Shown here: one piece after another, positions 12,400 through 26,700 of the stretch
How positions within the stretch are numbered: position 1 is the first letter of the stretch
Layout: each line of letters begins with the position of its first letter
NCBI GenBank assembly: GCA_012295275.1
Contig: CM022675.1
Span: forward strand, 5,704,001-5,768,000
Direction: 5' to 3'
Length of the DNA: 64,000 nt
Source of the DNA: Chrysomallon squamiferum
Lineage: Eukaryota > Animalia > Mollusca
The notes under the pieces: model-generated
Told to the model about the DNA's origin: nothing
What the model saw: the letters and a program-made list of their open reading frames with translations, nothing else
The model's database searches: none
Made by a program: the position numbers and the translations under genes

Positions 12400-13720
12400 C
12401 ACCAGTATTATAATGGAAATGTGCAGTTTAATTTTAATTTAAAAATTCTAAGATTGATATGTGATGAAACATCAAGAAAGTTGCAAATTTAAAATGTCAC
12501 CACTTGACGTATTTTAACAGAGTGAAAACAATAACTGGACATAAAAAATAAAAATACCAGAAAATATTCAAGGAAAATATAATGGAACTACACCTGATCA
12601 GATATATAATAAAACAACAAAGTAGTAGTAGTAGTAGTAGTGATACCAATAACAAAAGATAAACAAGTTTTTTTAAACAGAAACAAAAAATCTAAGTAAT
12701 TAATAAAAGCTAATACCAAATCCTATTCAAAAAAAAAAAGAATAATGATATTAATTAAAATAAAAAGCTGGGTTATGGTTATAAAGAAATGTTTTGTTTT
12801 TTTTGGGGGGGGTTGTTTCTTTCTAGGTTTTTTTCTTCTCAAAATACGTGTCTTCATTTTCAAAGTAGACTTTCAGTAAACACATTGAGTAAAATAAAAA
12901 TTCAAGATTGAAAATTAACAAACAATTCAATAATGACATTTTGTTGACTTGTGTATTAAATATGCTTATTTTGTTGATAACCAAGTATAAAAATCTATAT
13001 AAAATAGTAAATTAAAGTAAACTCCATACATCAGAAATCACAAAGAAAAATTAGTTTCCTTAACAGCAACAATTATAGTAATTATTATCCGTACCTGCTT
13101 CAAACAAAAATTGTACACTTCACTGTTTAGTTAACTAAACAATATATTCATATCTACATCATTAGATACATAAGTTTTATAATGGAAAAATGCAGTTTAA
13201 CACTGGAATATGATAAAACATCAGGAAATATGCAAATTTAATCTGTTATGATCTGAAATATTTTGACAAAGACAAAACAATTACTACACATAAAAAGGAA
13301 AATATATTCAAGGAAAATACACTGGAATCATATCTGGATTAGTTAGATCACAAAACAAGAAAGTAGTAGTAATAACAGAGATAGATATGTTTTAAACATA
13401 TAAGCAAAATAAAATCTAAGTAATTAATAAGACTATACCATATCGTATAAAAATACAAAATACAAAATACAAAAAAATGTAATAATAACAATAATAATGA
13501 AACAAATAAAAATTTGCATTAGGGTTATCAAGAATTTTCTATTTTTTTCCCTACATATACAGGTCTTCAATTTCAAAGTACATTCTCAGTAAATACACTG
13601 AGAAAAATACAAATTAAAAATAAAAAAGTAATAACCAATTAGGTATTGATATTTGAGCTGATATGTCTATTAATTAGTATCTCTTTTTTATTGATAATCA
13701 AGTATAAAAACATATTTCAA
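12400..13720. repeat. Old diverged tandem duplication (about 12400-12990 versus 13170-13720)
   Basis: Paired motifs aatggaaa..tgcagtttt, aaacatca(a/g)gaaa, aaatattcaaggaaaata, tcttca(t/a)tttcaaagta, ttgataa(c/t)caagtataaaa. Confidence 0.7.
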
Positions 13721-14234
13721 ACCAGTCAGATAAGAATGTACATATTTTTAAGACATAACTGTCCTAAAACAACATTACTTAAACAATGAAGCCAAATGAA
13801 ACAGTTCAAATTATAAATATTTCACAAATCGATGACTCAGAATGAAGTAAAAGATTAAGATAATCTTCATGCGTCAAAAATTAGAAACATAAATTAATTT
13901 CCTTGACAACAACACTTATGTTCATTATTATCTACACCTATGCTTCAAAAAAAAAACTGTTTGATTATTTATTTCGGGATGTCATCTATCTCAAAATGAG
14001 AATTCAGTCAAATGTGACTTGAGATGGCAAACTGAATGAGTTGTTACTCATGCTGAGTTCTCATAAAATACAAAAATAGTGGTTGGGCAACAGAAATGTT
14101 ACTATTATTTTATCCTATTCCGAGTCTTGTTAATGTATCTATAACATAAATTGCCCAAAACCTGCAATTAGTAATCCTCTCCTACTAACAATCATCATTA
14201 GTTATTTGAACCAAATAAAACACAAACTTTAGTG

Positions 14235-15265
14235 CAGGGTTTGTACACCTTGGACTGTCAAAATTTACCTAATTTTTCCAAAACTTTCCATAGCAAACAA
14301 TTCCAAGTTTCCAAGAACATTTTCAAGTAAACTAAATCACAGCAAAGTGGTTTTTGCAGTTTTCAGATATGTTTGTCAGAGATAAAACTTTTGCCTTAAC
14401 TAAGCTGCATGGTATTCATTTAGAATTACTAGTAATAATAATAAAAAAATTAATATAATGTATTTTGGCGTCTTAAAATGCAGTTTTATTCCTGGTGATA
14501 TGTAAGGCACACTGACAGAATTATGAATACAAAAGTACTGCTTCAGAAAAAGTGATCATGTTCTTCTCTTCTTATTCAATTAAATTGCCCAAAATCATAT
14601 CGGAGGGGATGGTTTATTTAACTGTGCGCTTTATATACGGCATTTATTTTCAATTTCCAATAATGTATCCAGCAGCTTATGTACGTAGGATGTGTTATTG
14701 CATTTAGAAACTTGAACTGGTTGGAACTGCTGATTGTCCTTGCATCAAATCATTAATTATGTGGCACGTCACCGTGTGCATGTTGATACCAAAAGTATTG
14801 TAATCAACTACATTGACCATTTACCTCTATAACAACACATCTACTCTGCCTGTGCAATAGAAATTTGGAACAAATATCACCTATTGTTAATAATTAAACA
14901 GATTTTAAAAACTGGAATGACGAAAACAAAATACAGTTCTTTTTAACTATACCCACCTCCAGCATAATAGGGGCATCTTAGTTATGTGTAGTGGTTTTAC
15001 AGACTGCTTTGTTTACGCATACATTGTTTTTTCACATGATTACTGAATATGGGAAAAATTAATTGTACCAGTACTCTTTGTTTTGAATATTGGCGAAAGT
15101 AGCAAGTTTTCCCTACATTTTAATTACGATAAAGACAGAATCTTCAATAACTTTTCCATAGCCAAGATAATAAAAACTGATTTTCCAAAACTTTTAAGGT
15201 CCTGGAATACACTGTGACGAATTTCCAAACTTTCCTCAGACTTTCCAAAATGCGTACAAACCCTG
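14235..15265. mobile_element. Non-autonomous TIR DNA transposon (hAT-like termini), 1031 bp
   Basis: Perfect 12-bp TIR CAGGGTTTGTAC ... GTACAAACCCTG with subterminal TTTCCA repeats. The element is absent from the paralogous site at about 46110-46140. No clean TSD is visible. Confidence 0.75.
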
Positions 15266-16444
15266 TTTGTTACAACAATCTTCCCTTTTCCATTTCGGAT
15301 ATTGCCGACATGCTGGTATCGTCAGAAAGAGGTAAATTCCTTCTGTATGATTCTTAGAAGTTACAATGATATTAACAGTGATGTTCTGATCAACCAATAT
15401 AAACGATTTCAAAATATGAACAAAATGTCTGGTTGATAAGTTATAAGTCATCTAGCATGTTGACTGCTGTATGAGACTATGTGCCAAGCATTCTGGCATC
15501 TTAAAGATAGCATCAAATTCCAGAAAACATATCCATAAATAAAACATTTAATAAGTAGTTTTGTATTTCACTTTCATTTGCTAAATTATTTATAACTGTT
15601 TACAGTCAAAGAATAAGAAACTAAATTATTTATTTATTTATTTATTTGTTGTTTAATTAATTTATTTATTTATTCTTTGTTCTTGTTGTCATTTTAAAGA
15701 AATGTCTCTTAGAAAGCAGGTAAAGTATAGCTCAAATGAATTTGCTTTCTGACCCTCTCCTACAAACAATTATTAGTAATTAACTGAACAAAACAAAGAT
15801 AACAATTGTAATATTCTCTTGTCTTCCATTTGAGATATTCCCATCGTACTACTGCTTAAAGTCCTGATTTATAAGAACTTGTTTCATAACCTACATGGGA
15901 CAAAGTGAATAGTCTGTTATCCGATTCTGATGAAAGTATTCATAAAGATAGAATTTTAATTCATGATGATTCAGATAATCATAATGAGACTGATGAGATC
16001 AGTGATGATGATGACGTCGTTCTTGTATTGCCAGCCTGATTTTCAGGATTCAAATGCTTTGATATAAAACTTTTCCATTCATACTGTACAAAGACTTCTG
16101 TTTCAAATGTTTACAAAGCTATAACAGAACAGTCAGGTATGTTGTATTATGATTTTGTTTTGTTTTTTTAATTTAAATTTTGAAAAGGACCGACTGTCAG
16201 ACTAAATGAAAATTAAGAAGAAAATCAATAGTAAGAAATAACTAAAATAAGTGTTCAGAAAATACAGGTACAAACTGTTTTCTATATTTATTTAGATCAG
16301 GCTGTAAAGTTAGTGATCTGATACATGTAATAACGCTGTAAGAATTTTCTCCATCATTAATGAGATTTTTTTTACGTATAAAATGTCAACAGTCAAATTA
16401 TATTTTTATCCATCATATAGTAAATATTTTTCTTGTAATAAAAT

Positions 16445-19400
16445 CTACTTCATACCCGTTAATTTATGTGTTGCACCGTGTTTCAATAGAAAGGAAACAA
16501 TTTTTCTACAATATCTAGCTTTAGCTATCTTTAGAGGAGTTTTACCCCAAGCATTAACAACATTTACATCAGCACCTTGCTCAACAAGTGCTGTCACAAT
16601 TTCTATGTCTTTACGTTTAGCTGCTATGTGTAAAATGGAATTGTCATCTTTGTCTTTTGAATTAGGATCTGCTCCATTTTCCAGTAAACACAAAACTACT
16701 TTTTTCTGTTTGCAGTTCACAGCTGTAAGAAGAGGAGTTTCACCTTTATTGTTTTTAATATTTACATCAACACCTTTTTCAATCAGTGCTGACACAAGAT
16801 CAATATGTCCATGTTTTGCAGCTAGGTGTAAAACAGAATTGTTATCTTTGTCTTTTGAATTAGGATCTGCTCCATTTTCCAGGAAACACAAAACTACTTT
16901 TTTCTGTTTGCAGTTCACACCTGTAAGAAGAGGAGTTTCACCTTCATTGTTTTTAATATTTACATCAACACCTTTTTCAATCAGTGCTGTCACAAGATCA
17001 ATATGTCCATGTTTTGCAGCTATGTGTAAAACAGAATTGTTATCTTTGTCTGTTAGAGTAGGATCAGCACCATGTTTCAGAAAATACAAAGCTATTTTGT
17101 TCTGTTCGTAATTCACTGCTATAAGAAGAGGAATTTCACTTTCATTGTTTTTAATATTTACATCAACACCTTTTTCAATCAGTGCTATCACAATGTCTAT
17201 ATGTCCATGTTTTGATGCCATGTGTAAAACAGAATTGTTATCTTTGTCTGTTAGATTAGGATCAGCTCCATTTTCCAGTAAATACAAAACTACTTCATTC
17301 TGTTCGTAGTTCACAGCTGTAAGAAGAGGAGTATGACTTTGTATGTTTTTTATATTTACATCAGCACCTTTCTCAATCAGTGCGGTCACAATTTCTATAT
17401 TTCCTAGTTTAGAAGCTATGTGTAAAACAGAATTGTTATCACTATCTGTTACATCAGGACCAGCTCCATGTTCCAGCAAATACAAAACTACTTTGCAATG
17501 TCCATCACGAAGAAAATTATAAGAGAGATATTTATAATCATTCAAACTTGTAAGGAGGGCAGTTTCACCAGAACTGTTTTTAAGATTTATATCAGCACCT
17601 TTTTCAATCAGTGCTCTCACAATTTCTACATTTCCATGTTTACCTGCTAGATGCAAAACAGAATTATTATAATTGTCTGTTAAATTAGGACCAGCTCCAT
17701 GTTCCAATAAATACAAAAATACTTTCTCCTGTTGGTAGTTGACAGCGTTAAGAAGAGGAGTTTTACCTTCATTGTTTCTAATATTTATATCGGCACCGTT
17801 CTCAATCAGTGCTGTCACAATCTCCATATTTCCATGTTTGGCTGCTATATGTAAAACAGAATTGTTATCACCATCTGTTAAATTAGGATCAGCTCCATGT
17901 TCCAACAAATACAAAACTACTGTGCAATGTTGATCATTGAAATATGAAATATACAGACGTTCGTAACAGTGTATAGCTGTAAAAAGAGCAGTTTCATCTC
18001 TACTGTTTTTAATATTTATATCCAGACCTTTTTCGATCAGTGCTGTCACAATTTCTATATTTCCATGCTCAGCTGCTGAGTGTAAACAAGAATTGTAACA
18101 TCTGCCTGTTAAATTAAGATCAGCTCCATTTTCCAGCAAATGCAAAACAACTTTCCGCCGTTCATCACTCAGAAATGGATTACATTCATCACATCTTAGA
18201 GCATTAAAGAGAGGAGTTTTACCTTGTTTGTTTACAGTATTTATTTTACCACCTTTCTCAATCAGTGCTCTCACAATTTCTATATTTCCATTTTTAGATG
18301 CTATGTGCAAAACAGAATTGTTACCTCTGTCTGTTAAATTAGGATCAGCTCCATGTTCAAGTAAATACAAAACTACTTTCTTATGTTCGTTGGTCACAGC
18401 AGTAAGAAGAGCAGTTTCACCTCTACTGTTTTTAGTATTTATATCAACATATTTTTCTGTCAGTGCTGTAACAATTTCTAAATATCCATATTTAGCTGCA
18501 ACGTGTAAAATGGAATTGTTGTAACGGTCTCTTACATTAGGATCTGCTCCACGTTCCAGTAAAAACAAAACTACTTTCCAAAATTTATCATTAAAATATC
18601 CAGAATATTCACGTCTATCATAATTCATAGCTGTAAAAAGAGGAGTTTTACCTCTGCTGTTTTTAATATTTACTTTAACACCTTTTTCTATCAGTGCTGT
18701 AACAATTTCTATATTCCCATATTTAGCTGCAATGTGTAAAACACTGTCTGTTAAATTAGGATCAGCTCCATGTTGCAACAAATACGAAACTACATTGCAA
18801 TGCTCATCTTTTAAGTATTGATCTACAGCTGTAAGAAGAGGAGTTTCACCTCTAGTGTTTATCATATTTACATCAGCACCTTTTTCAATCAGTGCTCTTA
18901 CAATGTTTGTATTTTGATATTTAGCTGCTAAGTGTAATACAGAATTGTTATCTCTGTCTGTTAATTTAGGATCTGCTCCATGTTCCAGTAAATACAAAAC
19001 TACTTCGCACTGTCGAATAACAAATTGAGAATATACATTTTCTAGAGCGGCAAAAAGAGCAGTTTCACCTCTACTGCTTTTAGTATTCACATCAACACCT
19101 TTGTTGATCAGTACTGTCACAATTTCTATATTTCCCTTCATAGAGGCCAGATGTAAAACAGAACTATTTTTACTGTCTGTTAAATTAGGATCAGCTCCAT
19201 GTTCCAATAAACACAAAACTACTTCATTCTGTTGGTAGTTCATAGCCATAAAAAGAGGAGTTACACCTTTATTGTTTTTAATATTTACATCAGCGCCTTT
19301 TTCAATCAGTGTTGTCACAATTTCTTGTCTTCCATACTTAGCTGCAATGAGTAAAAGAGAATTGTTATCTCTGTCTGTTATATTAGGATCAGCTCCATGT

Positions 19401-22400
19401 TCCAGTAAATACAAAACTATTTTCCATTGTTCACCAAAATCTCTTAAATGATAGTTAATATTCTCAGTTTCTACATCACTTCCAGTGAGAACTGTAAAGA
19501 GAGCAGTTTTACTATCATTGTTAATACTGTTCACTTTAACACCCTTTTCAACCAGTGCTGTCACAATATCCATATTTCTAAGTTCAGCTGCTAGGTGTAA
19601 AGGTGAATTCTTATTTTTATCTGTAATGTTAGTATCAGCTCCATTTTCCAGTAAGAATAAAGCTAATTCAATTGTATGTTTCCTCGGATTGCAAGCTGCA
19701 TGAAGTGGAGTTTTCCCATCACTGTTCACTGCATTAATATCAGCATTTCCATTTACCAGTGATTTCAACATATCTAACTCACCACGCAGAACTGAAATAT
19801 GTAGTGGTAAGTCAGAAGGCAACAGGTCAGGTGTAAGGCTATATGAACGGTTTTCATCATGAGTTTCAAACCACTGAATCAAGTTGTTGTTAACAGCTAC
19901 ATTAGCATTAGGATCGGCTCCTTTATCTAGTAAACACTGTACAACATCTGCGGTGTTAAACATCACTGCTACTTTCAGTACTTGACTTTTCTTCCAGTTG
20001 TTCTCATGTGTATCACTACGTCTCTGGTCAATGAGAAAATCCACTGTGTCAGCAGAACCCCACATTGCTGCTACTAAAAGAACTTTATCTCTGTTCTCAT
20101 CATTTAGACAATCAGGTTTTAGTTTTACTATTTCTTTTATAACACTTGAGTTTACCTGACCAGCAGCAACAATAGCAATGTCTTTAATTTCATTTATTAC
20201 ATCAATTGTGACAAGTTTCTTAAAAAGATGGCTGACATCAACAACTTTATCAGTCAGTGATATCACTGAATGGCTGTAACTTGACCAGCATCTTACCTGA
20301 CGATGGTACCTAACCAATAAAAGTTTCACAGCTTCTTCCTTGATTTTACTGTTGTTGTCCTCATTATTAATAATGTCAGCCAACAAACAGGCAATATTCA
20401 TGTTAGATGAATAAATAGAAAGATACAACCACTGGGAATACGTATAGGATGTTACCGGTTTTTCATACTGTAACAGTTCTTTGAATATAATAGCATTGTC
20501 TGTTTTTGAACATACAGCAACACTGAAAGTACTATTTGTTGGAGTAATACCTGACTGCAACAAAATTTTCACAGTATCTTCATCACCAAACAAACAAGAA
20601 ATATCGAAAAAGTTTTTCTTATATGTGAATTTCATTTTACTCACATTTGATGCAAAAAACCTAGACAACGTGGTCAGTCCATTCACAGCAGACACGCTTG
20701 CAACATTTGATGAATTTATCCATTTTTCCGTAACTTTCAGATACCAACTCTGGTTTCTATGAAACTTTCGATCACTGTCATGAAAATATAAAATTTCTTC
20801 ATAAATGTTGAAAAAATCTTTATGTACCCTACATCCATAAGTATGTGTTGTCTCATTCAGTTTCTTTCTCACTATTTTAGACAATTTACCATCAAAGTGC
20901 TTTTCCTCTATCATATAATTCACAAACTCTTCATCTTTCAGTGATGGATGCGAAATCATTTCTCTGGCACTGCTTGATGCCAGCAAGCCAGTAAATCTGC
21001 GAGCAAGAACTTCAAAGCAGTCAGGTTTCACAGTCATTGTAATGTGACTTCTGTTAGACACTCCAGGCGTCACAACATATTCTAACAACAGGGAGACAGG
21101 ACACACTTTTAGCAACTCTGCTGCTTTCTTTGGAAACTCTGATGAAAACATCAGAAACAAACAGTCAAACACTGACTGATGAATAAATGTGTATCTATTG
21201 TTGTAACAATTCAAATAGGTGCCACACATTACATCAGCTGCTCTCTTTATATGTACAAGATTAGTGTGTTTTAAACTCAAACAGGCACCCTCCAGCACTC
21301 TTACTAATTCCATTATGTCAGTGTCATTTTCAAATGGGTTCAACAAATCAATACTGAGACTGCCTTGCTGAAACATGATCAGCAATAGGACCAGATAATT
21401 GATCTGTGATGATTGATCATTTTTCATATTTCCCAATTGTTCTCTGAGATATTCTACAGGTTTCTTAAAAAAGTCAACTCCTCTTTTTTGTGCATCAATC
21501 GAACTGACATAATAAACACACACCTGAGGAAATCCTAACTCTGTACATGCTCTGTAAATGACCTCCTGTTTGTCATCTTCCTCCATTGAAACATCTTTTT
21601 GTTTGAGATATTTGTTTAGAATTTCTTCCTTTTCATTGTAACTGAGACAAAATTCATAACTCTGTAGATCAAGGAGATGATTCTCATTAAACAGATCAAA
21701 TTCCTTCAAACTGGTTTTACTTTCTGCAAATATTTGATTGCGTAAGGTAATAATACATTTCACAGAACCATCCTGAACAAGACTCCATACCGATGGAAAT
21801 TTTGGTTGCCATGACAGCCTAAAATCTGAAATGAGATTAGTTTTACCAAATATGTCATCGATGAGAATAATACATTTTTTATCTTTAGATACAGGGATAT
21901 CATTGAATTCAGTGTGGTGAGTCAGCAAGTAAGATTCTCTTTTCTCTTCTTTTTCTATCTGTCTCATCATGCTCAAAGCTAGAGTTGTCTTTCCTGAACC
22001 TGGACAGCCTATTACAATCACGACACCAGTCTTCTTCAAAAGTTCTACACCTATTTCTTCTGCTGTTGTTTCAACATAGAGATTCCAGTCAACTGAGTTT
22101 ATCCTTGATGTGGTAGACACTGTATCAGAACAAGTTAAAACATATTAAAATCTACTATAAACTCTTTTATAATTGGTTGTACTATATAAACATTAACTTT
22201 ATTATTTCTTAGTACGAATTCATTTATAATATTTGTTCATCAATGTTAAAATTAAAAGCAACTAGATGATTATCTTGTTATTAATAGACATTTTTCAAAA
22301 CAATGTAAGGACAAAAAAAATCACCTTTCATATTTGATGCTCTTCCATCATCCTTTACTGAAATAATAAAAAAATAAAAACAATAATTTTCTATTGTTTA

Positions 22401-23586
22401 CAAGTCAACAAGAATTATTAACAGGAACCTGTACAATTACACTTCAGCTACTGTTGCTGTTTCTTGAAAATATTATTAATTTATTTATTGTTCTAATTGA
22501 TTTTGTCATTGTTGTTGTTGTTGTTTTATATATACGTTGCATAGTATTTCAGTATTTATTGATGATCTTTTAAAATTGGTGAAACATGCACACTATTTAG
22601 AAATAGGTGTGCATGTGTTTGTGTGTGTGTGTTGTGTGTGTATGTGTTATTCTTATCACAGAGTGTGGTAGAAAAGTAGTAATGATTATCTATCAATCTT
22701 GCAAAAAAAAAATAAACTTTCAGTTTTTGACTTACTAGTGTTCACAATTTGATTTCCTATCACAACATTTTTGTTATGAGAGAGGGCATGGTAATTGTGA
22801 ACTGAGCTGATATTTACATTTGGTTCTGTCACTGTCTGTGTTCTTGTGTGATCTGTAAAATGGTAAATGAACTGACTTAAATGCACTGCTTAAAAACAAT
22901 TTCTAAAAATGTTTTTTTTTTTTTTATCTATATATAGAACAGTACAGCATACAATATTAATTAAATGTATTATTTTTAAATATAACTATATAAAAAAAAA
23001 TCTGTTTAATATTATTTGTTAACTGATTATTTTTGTAAGTACTAAGAAGTAAGTATTACTTCACAGTATTAAAATAAACAAAAGTAAATTCAAGAATAAT
23101 TACAACAGTCATGACTGCAATCTAATAGTAACTAGTGTGTGTTTTGCTTTACAGTTTTCATGAGTCAAACCAACAGGACATATAAGTTTTTGAATTATAA
23201 ATGTTTTAGCAATATAAATCAGAAAAGTGTGTGTGTTCAGTAATGTTATAACCATAAAATTGTCAGCACACACTTTAAAGTGAAAGTAAAAACAACAGAA
23301 ATAAACAATAACTGCTTGAGATTAAACAATATACTGAAAAACTGCACTGTTACATTTATAAAAATTAATTTTGTTTGTTTTGACCTGCCCATCAAATTAT
23401 TAAACTACATTGTAGAAATCTACTGTGCTATTAATTACCTTTACAAGATGTGATTGTTGACACTTGTGGCTGTGCAGTATTCATGTCTGAAGTAGTTGCT
23501 GCTGTGGTGTTGTCCTCTTTTTCATCATCTGAGTCAGAAGTAGATGCAGCTGTGGTGTCGTCTGAATCCTTTTTTTCATCATCCAT
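16445..23586 (-). CDS. STAND NTPase (nSTAND3-like) + ankyrin-repeat protein, NLR-like, about 1990 aa; coding exons 23586-23439, 22852-22736, 22357-22325, 22119-16445
   Basis: The 1891-codon ORF has Walker A GCPGSGKT (21986-22009), Walker B IILIDDIFG and YVET upstream, typical of metazoan nSTAND3 proteins, then about 30+ ANK repeats (TPLxxA..LLEHGADPN). Three upstream exons have canonical AG/GT sites and all junctions are phase 1 (148+117+33+5675 = 5973 nt, in frame). ATG at 23586 gives MDDEKKDSDD... Confidence 0.9.
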
Positions 23587-23641
23587 ATTGGCTGAAGTGT
23601 AAAATATCAGTTTAGATACTGATAGATTGTTGATATTACAT

Positions 23642-23730
<89 letters not shown>

Positions 23731-26700
23731 AATATAATAAAGAAATAAAGAAAAACAAATAAGATAATAAGAATAAAAAACAAAAAGTTACAGATTTTAA
23801 AACATATTCAAATTTTTATATTAAGACATTGGATTCTGTTAAACACAAACACACACACACACTCACATAGGTGTACCTATGTGTTTGTCACGAGGCTCAC
23901 ATCTTTAAACACCTGATATGGGTTTTTTATGTCTCAATCTAGGGTAACAAGGTGCTTTAATGGCCACCTAACAAGGAATATAAATGCTAAATTGACAACA
24001 ATCTATATAAATCAATAAGTCCATTTATCAACTAGAGAAATAAACACAACACCAGTTAAGGTTCACATTAATTATTTAATTACGATATACAGGTGATTTG
24101 ATAATAATACATTATAAAATCATAAAACATATGTTTAAGTAATTTTCATTAATGATACGAGAAAGGTAATATGGGGAAACAAAACAAAATAAGAATCTGC
24201 ACAAGGTAACAAGGTGCTTCAATGGCCACCTAACAAGGACTATAATTCTCGTCTTCACCATTTCCTTTGCCCTCGCTTAATTTGCTTACTTCAGTTATCA
24301 AATGCCAGGCTTTTTTATAACAACGCCACAGAATTGAAACATTAGCAGAAACAACAAACGGAACGGATGTCATTGTAGTTGCAATTAAAGTTATGCAATT
24401 TCAATTCCATTGCTTAAAAATAAAAGCAGCAGATCTCTGATTGAAGTAACAAATTTGGTTACTCAATCTGAAATCCATGACATTGTTTTCTACTGGTTCA
24501 TATAGCGTCCCTGACTACTGATTTGATAGAAATTAGGCTCTGAAACCTCCAGCTGCTGGAATGCTTAAACTATTCTTTCCTTTGGTAAATACAAAACAAT
24601 GGATATTGATTAAACAGAATGGAATATGCCTGCCTCCAACTTCTCTGTTTTTATGGTATCTTTCCATAGTATGCACTTGCCAACAGATATGAAAGAACTT
24701 TTGTAGTTAAATCACAAAGTTCACCAATTGATGCTTACAAATCAGTGTATTGTGTAATTCTATTTCTGTGCATTAATTTAGCCGCATAGCACATGCTCAG
24801 TAGCCTTGATTACACAAGCATCATGAGTAGCAGCATATTTCAGAGGATTGGATTGCATCTTTTTATTACATCATCGCTTTGTATTACATCTATTTTGTTT
24901 AGGGACAAGACACATGAACTGCTGACCACAAAAGTGCAAAACCAAAGCATGACATCAAGTCCAAACAAATGGGTTGTGGATGTTGGTGACGAATGGCGGG
25001 CAAACTCGTCGTAAGCCATAAGTGATGGCAGGCCCACCATCTCTTACAGTTAATAGTGAGACCTCTGCCTTTATGAATCTTTACTAATTAAGTTACACTG
25101 CCAGTTTTCATTGCACTAATCTTAGCTTTCCTTATTTATTATGTTATTTCCATTAAAAAGAGCTAAGTAGTAGTTTTGGTAAATTAGAAGTAGAATACTT
25201 CAATGATTTACATGTAAACAATGCACTTTAGTTGCTATGACCAGGCCGATAAGAGCATGCTGATTGGTCAGACAGCATACAAGTCTGCACCCTTCAGGTT
25301 TAGCCTACAACTGTTTCTTCTGCTCTGGGGCATAGATTATTATTCTGTTTGCAGAACTTTAGGATCACACACTAAACAAAACAACAAAACAGTATATTTT
25401 GTGAGTCTAAGTACCTATAATATTGCACCAAGAAAAATTTAATGACTATTTCTTCTTCATTTTTTAATAGTATGTTATATACTATGGTGTGTCTTCTTTG
25501 GCAAAAAGAAGCTACATATTTGAAAGTAGCACGAGTTGAAAAGCTCTATCAGAGAAAATTTCAACAATTATCTGATGATACATACCTTTTGTTTACTGTC
25601 GAATCACAGCAAGTACAAAGCTAAAATTTTTATGTCTGCTTCAAATGACTGACTTATAACACCTGTGTCTTTAGTTGCCTCTCGTCTGATGATTACGTAC
25701 ATTTTCTTGTCCCTAATTAATACTTGCTACACCTTTCTAGAGTAGACTCCAAGGAATAGCTGAGTTTATGGTTAAATATCAAATGCTTGTAGTCCTTTTA
25801 AGTAACATTTATATATATATATGATATCTACACATGACAGTATCTTAACTTCTTGATAAACTGTTCACAATGCAAATGTCAAATAAAATAAAAACTGATA
25901 CCAAAGTGTCTGTTTGCACTTTTAGTCATTCTGCCGTGTGTCATCATGAAGATTTTGGCATGTTTAGCATGTTATTGTGAACACACATACACACATTCAG
26001 GTCTGAAAAAATTGCGCTCATTTAGCAAGTTGGTCCCATCACTCTTGTTGTTTTTCAGCCTTTGGTGTTAATTACGTTTCAGACTACATTTGGCCAAAGT
26101 AGCCCTTTCTGCTAATTAGCCAAAATAGGGCTGAAAACCAACCAAATACCTGTCATAAGGATTTGCATATATCTTTTGAACCACTGGAGACAGAGTCATA
26201 ATTTTTGGTGTGTTTTCATTTGTTTTTCCTATTATGTGAAATTAAAGTCAGAAAAAATTTGCCTGCCGGTACCTAGTATATACTTATTTTTAAAAACTGG
26301 TTTCTTCTGCCTTGAAATTTTTATTAGCACCATTAGTGAAACTGTCAAAACTGGTCAGATGATAGGTAACTTTTGTTTTGCGGTCAAAGCCAGTATGTTT
26401 CCAAAACTGGGAGTCTCCAGATTAGGTAAGTTATAATCTGCTTCCAGAAATGGGAAAACTGACATGAACAATTAAGGCCAATTTAGACGCATTGGGGGCG
26501 ATTAACAATATTAACTTTAATGAGCAGTGAAGAGCAGAGAGGTGAGCCGGAATAGAGATTGCAAGAAAAATTAATGTCTGGAGACAGGAAATTAATGTTA
26601 TATCTCAGTAAAATTTGGAGACAGGAAATAAACCACAAGACAAGCACAAGCTCTTCCAGCTGGGATTGGAGTACGTCACGTGTACCCAGGACACTGCTTC

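Noticed and set aside
16383-20762. Plus-strand ORFs (242 aa and shorter) overlapping the large gene
   Set aside because: Antisense shadows of the repetitive ankyrin/STAND frame.
21640-22080. Bacterial (Avs-like) origin or contamination for the STAND-ANK ORF
   Set aside because: It has spliceosomal introns in frame, local paralogs and animal-type flanks.
22118-22120. ORF-track start of the 1891-aa protein
   Set aside because: It is a GTG spanning a splice acceptor; the spliced model starts at ATG 23586.
26045-26145. Short inverted repeat TTGTTGTTTTTCAGCC / GGCTGAAAACCAACCAA
   Set aside because: Imperfect 16-bp arms only; probably a MITE remnant, too weak to call.
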